64,000 nucleotides of DNA from Daphnia carinata (taxonomy: Eukaryota), in NCBI RefSeq assembly GCF_022539665.2, contig NC_081331.1, positions 13,144,001 to 13,208,000 on the forward strand, read 5' to 3'. Under the pieces are notes generated by a model. That model saw only the letters and a list, made by a program, of their open reading frames with translations, made no database searches and was not told the DNA's origin. Positions 12,567 through 24,900 of this stretch are shown piece by piece. Both the position numbers and the translations under genes were made by a program. Each line of letters starts with the position of its first letter. The stretch's first letter is position 1.

Positions 12567-14835
12567 GTCGGGAAAAACACTACAATAGCAGGTAACCGTA
12601 TATTTGTCGTTACACTAGATATACATACTTTATGGCTGTGCGCCTGGCTCACATGTGTAACATCGTCATCAGGCAACAACCTAAGGTAGTCTATATTCCC
12701 ATTATTTACCTATGCATACAAACATATGCTTTTTGCAGCTGGTTAATCGTATGTATGTTCTAGATGCATGACTGATGTGGTCAAACCTTCTGAAGGTTTA
12801 AACCCGCCCTTATTAGTTTTTGAAAAGTCCTGATGAAACGTAAGCAAAAGTGCGTCAAACTGTCACGAGACGTTTTCCTTTTATTTTATTTGTTCTTTGC
12901 TATCTTATTCTTTATTCTGCATGGCAATTTATTAGTTTTTGCACTTGGGAGATATGCAACTATATGTAACAGAAAATGCTTTTTGCGAAGTCGGGTTTGC
13001 ACTTGTCTAACACTGAATAGTTGATGTTCAAGAGTCATGTAAATAACAGGCATAAGCAATGCATGTGATAAACTATTTAGCCTACATGCACAGCATTTCC
13101 AAAAGGCGCCGGAAAATTTAAACATTCTTTTTTTTTTTGTTCAGCGTACAATAATATGTTGTTCAAGGAGGGTTTACTGTCAAATAGATTAACCTAAATG
13201 CTCGGATGACAATTGAATTGATCTTACCTTACAGCCAGCAATAAGAACATGCAACTAATTCCTAATGGAAGGGAACACTGGAAGCAACACCAGTATTTGG
13301 ATACATGATATCTTTACGTGTTGTTATAACTTAGGCAATGCGATATATGGGAGAGCGCAAGTGCAATCCTTGTCTAATTTACAGAACCAAATTTCTTTAC
13401 AGAGCTTATCAGCGGATGCGGTCGCCCTTTTCCATCGCTAATCGAAAAATTTTACTGCATTTAGCAACGTGAAATTGACTACTGTTCGGTATTTAATTAT
13501 ACCCCCTTTTGATGTCCCGATTATACTTTACCCCCCTTGGAGGAAGAGCTTATTAGCCTTGTATTTTCATTTTTGAATAAGATCTATGTTAAGCTGACTG
13601 AGTTTCCATTCCGATTTTTCATCCCCGTCAACATCCGATTTCCGTTACAACATTCCCACGATAGGGTTAACCGCATAGAATTTTTCGTCAAATAGAAATT
13701 CATGGAAATTCGACGGTTTCCTATTTCCGCATTGCATCATACAAAGTTTTAAATAATGTATTCATGCACAGTACGTGAAATATTCGCTAAGCGACAAAAC
13801 ATCTTACGATCAATCATTTTCATTTATTCTGCATCGCAAATGATCCAAGAGATTTTTTAATATCACAAAAAAAAACGGAGGTGGGACTATAGCGGTGACA
13901 ATAACTTGAATCCCAAACGTAGTACGGGATTGAATTTTTATTTTTATCAGAGTTTATGACAAAACTGAACACGACAAAATTCACATTGGATGAGAAACTC
14001 TCTAGCCTATAGCATTCCAAGTGATTCTTGATAGCGTGTACGAAATTTGCATCTCTGTGTAACAGAAATTATGATGTGGTAGAAGCCGATTAACAAAGTA
14101 TGAAACGATCTTTCAACCGACAATCCAAATTTAGCCCGCACTTGCTTTCGACAGCTTTCATATTGAAAGCACAGTTTTAAAAACAAAGATCACTCAATTG
14201 TAAAAACTGGAGTTTTGCATTTTATCTCGGCCTTTTGGTGTTAGGCGACGATGAGTTGCTGGTAATTTTTCAATCTGGCTGAAACAACTTCCTCAGGCAC
14301 TGTAGCAATTTTTTCCCAATATCAAGAACCAATTTTGGTCTAAAAGAGGCTCGTACAATTTGCTAGAAATGGAGAAAAGATCACTCCGTGTTGCGCATAT
14401 TGCTTTTTGTGATGTAATTTTTTCTCGAAGGCATTTTCATTCATTTTCGGCCTTTATCCAATTGAAGCTCAAAGAGGCTGTTTGTCTTTTAAGTGGCTTG
14501 AAAATGAGCGACGGGCTGCCAAAAGAGGATGTCAGTCAAATGTTCAAAGAGAAGTCATTCGTTGATTCGTTGAGATGCCTTCGCTGCATGTTCTTACTAC
14601 ATTCCTAGTTGCATATAAGATAAGCGTAGATTCTTAGAGACACTGATTTTTTTCTGTTGACGGCTTTAGTGGTGGGAAAAGATGCGCATGTCCGCAAGAG
14701 AATCTTAGAATCCGAGAAAAGAAAGTCTGTTCCTTCAAAATCTGAACAGTCTCGGTTTAGATTAGACCTAGGTAGATGGTGAGCTGTCAAGAGGTCTGTA
14801 CATTTCATATTTGAGAGCCATTGCAATCAGTTACT

Positions 14836-17800
14836 ATGGTGAGTTTCATTAAATTATGCATGTTCCCCTAATTGTTGTCAAGTCCATGGCTGCATTGTAT
14901 TTTTGGAAAATCAAGATTGCTTTTCATTTGAGTGTGCATTGAAACTTGCTCGACAACAGTTTTCAAAACCTAATTTAAGAAGTAGTTCGCAAAACGGGTA
15001 CAATCATTCAATTTTACATAAAGGATATAGCTGTGAAAAGGTTAACCAAAAACATATGTTTCCGAAGCAATTGAGAAGGAAATCTTAAACTGTAAATATT
15101 TACATTTTTGTGGTCAACGCAGTGGCTCTTGCTGCATTTGATGATTTCATCGAGCATCAGCATGGGTACATTTGGCGAATTTGAAATAATTTCTCCAAGT
15201 AACGTGACCGAAAACTTGCACGCTGATACTGAATCGATACGAAATCCACAAGAATCAAACAAATTGCCTGGCGAATTTATTGTTCCCGATATATCAAAAG
15301 AACAAATATTGTTCAAAAGGAAAACCGAATCCATCAAAAGAGGTCATAACGCAACGGACAATAACAACTTTTGCCGTGCTCCGGACGGACGCTATCTGCC
15401 CGTCGACATCTTCGCATTGGATACTTGCGCCCGTTGCTATCAATACATCCCGGACAACCCAACTTTTTTCCGCCAAAACAGCAAGTGGAACCACACAATA
15501 GTCGCGATGCGGAGTCTGCTAATAGAAACTGACATGTGGTTCAATGTTACGTTTCTGACTCATGATGTCCTTAATGAAACAGTAAGTTCCTTTTTTTTTT
15601 TCAATTTGACTCGCATTCTTTATGAAAATAAGTTGCGCTAAAGGGCTTTAATGTTGTCTATCCCTGTCGTGAATTCGAAAAAGAGGAAGGTTGGAACCAC
15701 CTTTCTGAGCAAGAGTAAAAATCTAATAAATTACGGAGTAGTTTTCCTAGAAGTAAAAGCAAGAAAAATAGGCTAACTTTTCCTCATTTTTCTTCATGTT
15801 CGTTTTGGTCAAGAGTTATACGCCGCACAACAAAGTTTTCACAGTGAAACGATTTATTTATCTAATTCCCAACATTCGAAAAAAAAGGGCCGTTTACGTT
15901 TGACACTAACACTAAAACAAGTTTAAAAGACATCATTTAAAAAACGTCGGGTGGTTGACTTGACGGAAATTTGGAACACTGAAACAAATCCGTAGGGATC
16001 GTAAAATATGGGATGTCATTGTCAAAACATTTCCTTGAATTGCCAAAAGAAATAAGTCTTTGCTATACCTTGCCAAAACGGAAGGATATCGGGTAAACGT
16101 TGAAGATACTGTCTGATAGCGCACAAACACGAACGGCTTCTTTTACCGTATAAGAATAAGTTTTGTTACACACGTTACGCAAAAAATCGTCCATTTTTTG
16201 TTTTTGAAGAAGGGAAAGGATTTTTCGTACACTTAGGTGAATCGGCTTTGGCTTCCAAAACATAAAGAAAATTGCCTTATGAATTCGTTGATAAGATTAC
16301 ATTGTAAGCTCGGCATCAGAAAAAAAGAAGAAGTAAAGTGGGGAAATTTCGAAAAAAAAAAAAAATTAAATGTGATACAGTCTGGGGAACCGTTCCGGAA
16401 ATAAGACAGCTTTTGCCAAAGATTCCGACCATCTCTAGGTCTCTTTTCTTGGCGAATGCAACATCCCAAGAGATGGTGATCTATCTCATTTAAACCACCC
16501 AACGACCTACTTCCCATTTTGTAACATTCGTTTATATTTGTCTCAACAGCAAAAGAACTAGTACTTCTATCCCAAGCATTGTTGCTGTATTCCACAAGAT
16601 ACAATCGGTCAGAAACTTTTGCGGAAAATGAAAGAGTTCCAACACGGGAATAACAAAAAGAAACGCATCCATTTAACTGCGTAGCTTCCATTGGATTTTT
16701 CATACTATTGCCCATGATTTCCGATGAAAAGGCTAAGGCGTACATTATCCATAAGTGCACGTTTTCAATCGTAAATAATACAATGTTAACCACTTCAGTT
16801 CTCCGGGAACTTCACCACTGGTTTTCTGAGATTCCACTAGACTAATGCAAGTGCTGCTTGCCTTTTTCCGTTTCTGTCGAACAATGATAAAAGTGTTTTC
16901 CTCTTTGTGCAAAGGGCGTCAAATAATCGTATCATCCTGAGAGAAAAGATTCAAAAAACGTATTCCAAAAAAAACGCGAAGGGCCGAAAATGTTAGATAA
17001 ATACGACATTGGTGCACATTGTATTCGAATAACATATACAAAATGGCTGTGTCCCGATTTGAAGCTAAATCTGTCGCCTTGTAGAGATATATAGACTATA
17101 TATATCTTTCACCTTGGCAATGCTCCTGATGTACGAAGGGCTACATTAATTGAGGAGACTGTTTAGCGCCACGGAAAAGCTATTTGAGTGGAAAATAGGC
17201 ATAAATCACTGCAGAGAAAAACAAAACAATAGGGTGTACGATTTGGCCCAACACAAATGGTGTATTAGCCATAGTTACCATTGAATTATAGTTTTCTAAA
17301 TATTTTGTGGTAACGATTGTCAATTTCCAGACGGCCGCCAATGAGAAAGACACCGGGAGCATACTTTTCCAGACTTTTGTTGATTTTAAATCGCAAGAGA
17401 AATGGAGATCTTGCTGTAGGGCTGCGGTCGATTGCTGTCAACATATGCTCGGATCTATGCAACCGAACGATCGTCAGTACAACAGTAACATCTTAGATTA
17501 TGACGATGAAGGAGAAAATGCTTTCCGCACTCAACCCATCATGAAGTCAGCCCCAACTTCAAATTTTTGCCCACCTACGTGGGACGGCTGGACATGTTGG
17601 GAAAAAACTATTCCTAATCGAGTCGCCGTATCTGTGTGTCCCAGCTACATCTACTTCGAGACAGAACCACCCGCTTGTTCACGTAAGTAAATCTATAATG
17701 AAATGCATGAAAACGTAATACGAAACTAAAATTAAGGCTCTCAGCTCAGATTATTGTGGAAGAGGATTTGTGATAGGTTGGACAATGACCGATTGTTGCA

Positions 17801-20800
17801 GAAGACAGATGTTCCTTTACGCTTAATAGTGTACTTATAGTTTTGCCTTAACGTTTTGGGATAGTCGCGCTTTATGAACCCTGGTTAAACAAATGGCTAC
17901 ATTTTGTGCGATCCATTTGCTATGACTTCCTCATGCGCTGTGCAACTTAAATCAAAGCTGATTATCGTTTTATGCCATTGAGAGCCACGTATGAATTGGG
18001 CAAAGCTGTTCGACGGATGCTATTGTCATTTATAGGACAACTGGGACTCGATAAAACCATTTGTTAAAGGAAACGATCGTTGCAACAGCACTCGCGTATA
18101 ATAGTCCCTTTCTTCACTAATCTAGAAGCTATTAAGTCTACATCATTCCGTGGTCATTTTCTAGTACATCTAAGTTGATCGATGGAAGAAAGACGCAGCG
18201 TACTGCAACGCGTACATTCCTATTGCATTTCCACCTAGAACATGCTCACTGTATTCAAGTATACGAAAAAGAACAAAACGAATACAAAAGTAGAGTGGAC
18301 CCCCCTACATGTCTAGGGAAAAGGATGACGCAACCAAACTGAGAAAGTTACTTGGAAAACTTGAAGGGACAATAAAGAGGAGTAGCTGACTATTCTTGAA
18401 TACCAAGTACTCCCTATAGGACATAGTTCCATGCTTTTGCTACTATATACGCAAAACTGAAATTTAAACTAAATTTCATTTTTACTTCCTTTGTGTTCAT
18501 TTTGAAAAAGACAAAATTGCCTTTTAAATAGTTTGTGAATTCTTCTCCGGCTACTTATTTTAATTCCAAGTTGAATTGAAATCCAATGAAATATTCAATA
18601 AAAACCCGAAAATATTAGTCAGTAATATTTGGACGGAATGCAATGTCTTTCTCTTTATAACAGAAAATAAATGTTTATTAGATTATGCCGAGAAGATGTG
18701 TACTTCTGATGGCACATGGTATCGCCGAGGAGATGCAGGTTCCGCAACAGAAAAGACCAACTACAGCCCGTGTAGTCCTGTGGGTGCTCTGAGGCAGCGA
18801 ACTAATGTTCATTTAATCGCTTACACCGTCTCCGTTGCGATGCTTCTTCCAACCCTTTTCATTTTCTATTCATACAAGTATTTGGAATTTTATAATTGAT
18901 ATACTATTGCCACGCTATTTATTGCATACATTTCGACGACATGAAAACAACAGGCAATTAAATGTGTATCGTATCCGGTTACACAAAAACATGTTCATGT
19001 CAATTTTGCTGAACTCGATACTCGTCATCGTTTTCAAAGTGTTCACTATTCTACCAAAATTGACGAATACCTCTGTCAAAGAGTCCTACGTGGATGAGGT
19101 ATTGTGCAACATATTTTTTAGATATGCGATGAATGAATGAATAATAATTGTGTTGGTGTTTTTATACAGAACGCTGTGTTGTGTCGTTTGGCGTTGGTCA
19201 CGTTGAAGTATTTGCGTCTGACTAATTACATGTGGATGTGAGTATGCCGATGGAATTAGGAAATAACAACATTTCAGATTCTAATGACCCTTTTACCAAA
19301 CTTTATTAGGTTTTGTGAGGGCTTCTACCTGCACCGTTTAATCACGGCTGCCTTTGCTGAAGAAAGCAGTTTTTCAGTATTTTACTTCATCGGTTGGGGT
19401 AACTGCTTTATAAGCCACAGCATTAATTACTTTCATTAATTATTATTTGTTTTTCCAGTGCTGCCGCTCATTCCTACAGGAATCTACGCATTCATTCGAT
19501 TTATCTGGTATGTTCACAAAACACATTAATGAAAGGACTTTATTTATCATGGACTATTCCTTTATTATATCTTTTTTCATCATGTAAGGTACGATGTTCG
19601 CTGTTGGATAGAACCAATTGAAGCCTGGGAATGGGTGCTGAATGCACCTTGTCTACTTTCGCTAGTGGTAGGTGTTCCTCAGTATCTACTCATTTTAGAT
19701 TAGTGGGATGAAAGCCTTCACTTGTATTTAGATGAATCTCGTCTTCTTGATTAATATTATTCGTATACTGGTAATGAAATTGCGCTCGACGAGTATCAAT
19801 GAACCCAGTCAATTCAGGTCGGTTTTCAAAAATAAAAATTTAAATGATAATTGTTTACTCTTGCCTTATGTGTCCTATTGACTTCTATATTCAGGAAAGC
19901 AGTCCGTGCTACCCTCATCTTGTTTCCGCTGGTAATTTGTGGGTTATCAATTGAACATTTAATTTTTTACGTTAATTAGATAATAAGTTAATTCAACGAA
20001 AGTCTAACAGGGTGTTTATTTTCGTGCACACAGTTTGGTCTGCACTTTGTCGTGACCATCTATCGGCCACCTAAGGGCGGATGCGATTGGATCGATTTTT
20101 ATCACTACGCCAACGCTTTACTTGACGGGCTTCAAGGTTGTTTGGTCGCTATAATATTCTGCTACGGCAATGGCGAGGTAATTAAACTCTTTAACACAAA
20201 CGTATAAAAATTTATACCATCAACGAAAATTGTACCGACCTTTAGTCCCTTGCCGAAAGGGATTGATCAAACCGCAGAAAGCGGTGCAGAGTTTTTTTTC
20301 TGCGTAACCACTTTGAATTCAAATAATTCAATAAATGTAAGCCTCACATAAAAATGAAGCCAATTTTCGTGATCTTCGTTTAATTTTAAATCTAAACCAT
20401 GCATAAGATGTTAAAGATTAAGATTTTAGCTAAAGTCTAAATAGCCTCAGTTTTAAGCCCGATTTTTTAAGCCCGATTTTTTAAGCCCGACTTTTTTGTT
20501 GGGCATTAAATTTTGACTTAAAATTCCACAAAACATAGCTACTATAACCAAAATGAAACGCTGATTCCGAATAAAATGTTAGTTTTCTTGTCAATCAAGC
20601 GGTTTCAATAAAACAAGGTCCTTTTATCGCAACCACTTTGAATTTGAGTAACTCACAAACTATTCCCAACCAAAATAAACTTGATTTTCAACATGCTCGT
20701 TAAATTTGGAATGCAAATCATGTATTTATTTAACAGCTATCAAGGTCTTTACAAAAAAAATTGGAAAAGTCGGGCTTATTTTATCGGGCTTATTTTTAAA

Positions 20801-21419
20801 ACCCACTTTTTCGTGAAAAAACCGACTTAATGTTGATCTGACATTCAGTTAAATCTGCTACTAGTAAATTTAGATGTGATTAGTTTTTCCGTTAATTATT
20901 TAGATTTTAAAAAAGAAATAGAAGCACCGCAATCACTTTGAATTTGAATAACCCATAAACCGCTGTAAACTGTAAATCCCAAGGAGTGGTGCCTTAATTA
21001 CGGGAATCATTAATTTCGTTTTGCAGGTTCACTACCTGTTGCTGCGGTCCTATCGACGTTTTAAAGATAACCACTGTCTTCGAAATAAAACAAAAATAAG
21101 GACGGATCGAAGTCAACGCGTTAAAGTGGAAGAAAGGGAACGCACACGAAGTATAGGATGCTCAGTTTTTCTTGGTCGCAGTACTTTTTCTACTCATTTT
21201 TCCCTTGCGGACTGCGCTCCTAATATTAGGCAAAAGCAGATAACAATAAACATTAGACCTGTTCACGTTTCTGAAGAAAGAGGCAGCGTATTTACTAAAG
21301 AGAACGATTCCACTGTGCAGAAGCTTCAAATCATATTGCCAGAAACCCATTGCGTTGACAACGGCAATGAAGAACCTAGTCATCCCATCAATGATAATGA
21401 GAATGATACTAAATGTTAA
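14836..21419 (+). CDS. Class B1 (secretin family) GPCR, calcitonin/DH31-receptor-like (hector-like), ~699 aa
   Basis: Exons 14836-14838 (ATG|GTGAGT), 15123-15581, 17331-17682, 18682-18877, 18954-19098, 19170-19237, 19310-19398, 19459-19507, 19589-19667, 19732-19817, 19895-19931, 20034-20177, 21027-21419 total 2100 nt in frame. Hormone-receptor domain CPPTWDGWTCW..CP..KMCTSDGTW..TNYSPC. 7TM motifs RIRLHKNMF, NYMWMFCEGFYLH, IGWVLP, CW, NLVFLINIIRILVMKLR, RKAVRATLILFPLFGL, LQGCLVAIIFCYGNGEV. The first (ATG-only) exon is less certain than the rest. Confidence 0.93.
20302..20962. repeat. Diverged ~300-325 bp tandem repeat with embedded inverted 13-mer arrays in the last GPCR intron
   Basis: The motif CACTTTGAATT..A.TAA recurs near 20309, 20634 and 20934. 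(TTTTAAGCCCGA)x3 at 20451-20490 is mirrored by TCGGGCTTA x2 at 20770-20792, with a 14-bp perfect inverted match between 20482-20495 and 20765-20778. Confidence 0.6.
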
Positions 21420-21924
21420 AGTTAAGAAAGCAATACTTGTCAGCTTTAGTATCGAAACATACTGAATTGCATTTACTAAAGGGTAGTGTAATCACGCATA
21501 TTTACCATAGTTATTAAATAATAATAATGCTGCTTGGCTTATATGATACTTAAAATTCAATAAATGATCATCAAAACAATTTTAAACACTTATCATTTTG
21601 CTATCTAAAACGTATTTTTTCCATTCTTTTTTTCATCATTTTTAATAACTTAAGATAAATTTTTTTCTTTAAAAGATAAGATACTTTCTTAAATAACAAT
21701 GTATGTATTAATACTAGCAAAGTATCTTGTCAAACCCCCCACCCCCTTAACCTTTAACGGATCGATTTTTTTTTATAATATTCAGTATGAACCGGGCATC
21801 AACCTAAGACTTTTGTATTTTGCCCGCAATAAACAAGATTTATTACATTCGAAAACAATATGAAAAACCTTTCAACTAAATATTGGCCAAACAATCGAGA
21901 TTTTCGCGATATAGAATTTACCTT

Positions 21925-24900
21925 TCATTCCTTTTTCTGTTTCCAAGCCACAATACGTAGTTTCAAGTCTTCAACAGGCATCAGCATGTCCTCGGTAAGA
22001 GGTTGCCGATTAAAAGGGTCGGTGGATGAGTTGAGCAAGTGACGGAGGATGACGGCTCGATCCATAACTTTTCCGCTAGGTAACAAAACAGGATCGTCCA
22101 TGAGTGTGTCCATTAGCGGATCACGAAATTCCTCCGGAGCATCACTGAAGTCCAGCTCACGTTTTTGATTTTGAAGGACAATCCGTTGCGCTTTCGCAGA
22201 CAATTCCCTCCAATGAGCAATCTGAGGAAAATTAATTGCGTTCATGGAGTCAATTCCTATTCTAAACGAATCAAACGCGCCACATACTTGAAGAGGGGCT
22301 TTGATTAAGGCTCGCTCCAAACGCACGGCCGCTTCTTCGAAGAGTTCAAAACGGAAAGATCTCTCGTCCGCTGCCAGGGCTTGAGCGAACACATCAGAAT
22401 CCAGGTGAAGATAAATATCGGTTAGTTGGTCCAGAACTCGTCGAGGCTCCCATCCATAATTATCAGCATTTTTCACTATTATGATTTATTGTGAAGTCTG
22501 TCACACATCCGACTCCGTTTGAATTAAAATTAACGATTAACCCATACCTTTAAAATGTTTACATTTCGGCCCACAGAGCTGTTGCAAATTGAAGTTAAGC
22601 ATCGCTGCTAACCGATCGATCAGCTCGGGACGTAAAAATGGATCCGGTACGTGTTGCGTCAAATAATGAAGCATGTCAACCGTCTCACGAGCAAGTGTTA
22701 AGTACGATTTACACATACGCTCATCGGTGGCAAGTTGTCGCAACCGCGTCTCTTTCTGCTCCTCGGGTTGTTGGTCCCAGCTAGCGCGGTTTTCCATCGC
22801 TTCTTGTACCTCATGAATTCTTCTTAGTGACTCCAGGCTTTCGTCTAATAGGAAGGTTGTGTCGTTCATCAACATGTTGATGAACTTGACAAACTGTTTG
22901 CCTGATTTGAGCTCCTGTATAACTGTCTCCCGATGAATTGGACTCTGCCATAAACTCTAGAAACAAGTTTTTTAAAAATGACACAAAAACTCTACTAACA
23001 AACCCTTGATCCAATGAAACTGAAATTTATAAAAACCTTCAATATGATGCTGATGTGAAATCGAATTGTAAACTTGTCATAAAATTCTGATGCCGCTCCG
23101 GTGGATTCTACATCTGCATAGAATTTCATCAGAGCCGGAGGCAAAGAGGATTGACTAATTGGATGAGTCAACAACCGCTCGTGTAACGTCTCTGTTCGAG
23201 GCTATGCCAACAGTGATAATAATAGCGTACTTTAACACGATAAGTAATGGTAAATGCAATGTACCTGGACTGCGGGATTCATCATAAAGAGCACTTCAAC
23301 GAGCTTGGCTACCAAATAAGGGTTGTTGAAACAATTGGCTGAACAAACCAGAGTAAGCAACCATGTCATGACCATTTGATCCATCGTTCGTGCGACAATT
23401 TGAGGCATATGCTGCAGGGCCAACAGAAGGAATTCAGCGATATCTTCCACATACCTAAACAGACATAACAATTTCGTTAACGGGCCACGTGTGCAGTACC
23501 ACGGGTGAAATTGCAATTATCTGTGTGCATTCTATAACCGATGACCCTACGGGGCCGCCGTTATTGACTGTCCGGTTAAATCTTATAGAATAAAAGCTCT
23601 GAAATTACCATTCTGGGTAGTTCGCAAATAGAACTGTAGCTTTAGATGGAAGAGTTGAGCTACTTGAGGCAAACATTATTTCAGGACAAAGGGTTTGCAT
23701 TTCCAATTCAGCAGCCATACTGTTGAAATGCATGTAGTTACTGATGAGTTTTTCGTCCATCAAGGCAGCCTCTGCGCATGGTTTGCTTAATAATAGTTTT
23801 TTCACCTAAGAAAAACCAACAATTATGGAATAAAAACAAGTTGGGAATAAGCAAGTTTTAACTGTAGACACACCTGTTCTTGCCACATGGCAATAAGTTC
23901 CCTATTTCGACGGGCGGCTGGTGTTTGACTCCACTCCGTTTCGGTATTTTGCATCTCATCAACCAGTTTCTGGTAGTCTTTAAGAGCACGCATCCTTCGC
24001 TGATGACGCCGGGCAGCCGGTAAGTAAGCTAAATGTTGGGCATGTAACGTCATAAACCAGCACTCAGTTGGGAACTTGCATTCCTGCCAAGTGTGACCGG
24101 AATCTGGCTGATTGAGTTGTTGCACCCATTGCTGGCTTTCTTGTGAATTGACTCTGATTTTGGTCTCATTGGACACACTAGCGCTAATGCGACTTTGTGG
24201 ATGAAATGGGTAAAATGTATCGACCTTGTCAAGCTTGATCTTGAGTGAAAGTTGATGCATGACAGCAGCAAGGTTGAGGAAGAATCCATCACCAGCTACA
24301 AGTCGCGATTCTACGTTTATCATTGAGCGCTTTTCGTTTCGTTTTAGCGCAGTCGCGATCCACTGTAATGTAGCCTCGCGTGATCCACTGTTAGCCAACA
24401 GGGCGTAAAAAACCTAAAATCGGAAGAATGGTTAATTTAAAAGAAATAAAAAAAATGTAAAACAGAGCATACAATCCTAGTATTAATTATTACCTTATGA
24501 AGCAGGTTGCGCGTGAGTTCTAGCTCCTGCTGAAGACTTGAAACCATTGGGCGAGAGTCACTTGTCGAAGTCTGTAGTTTTTCGGCGATTCGAGAGTCAT
24601 CTTCAGCGAAAAGGGATGTACACAAAAACGGACCAAGGAAAGTAAATTTTGCAAACTCGCGGCCACTTGCATCAGTCAGTGGTTCCACCAGCCAATTCCC
24701 CAGCTTTATCATAAGATTGCAAAAAGGTCGGATAGAAGAACTGGCGCCCGTCCGACACTCGCACAGATCACAAAGGACTTGCAGGGCAGCTGTATGAGAA
24801 CTATCAGACACAGAGCCTTTCTGAGATTCCTTCCTTATAACTAGGAGCAAGGGTGAGAAAATTTTCTTAAAGCGAACAGCATCTGCTTCCAGATGATGAA

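Noticed and set aside
20302..20962. CRISPR-like repeat-spacer array
   Set aside because: Eukaryotic intron; repeats are diverged, ~300 bp apart, and there are no cas genes.
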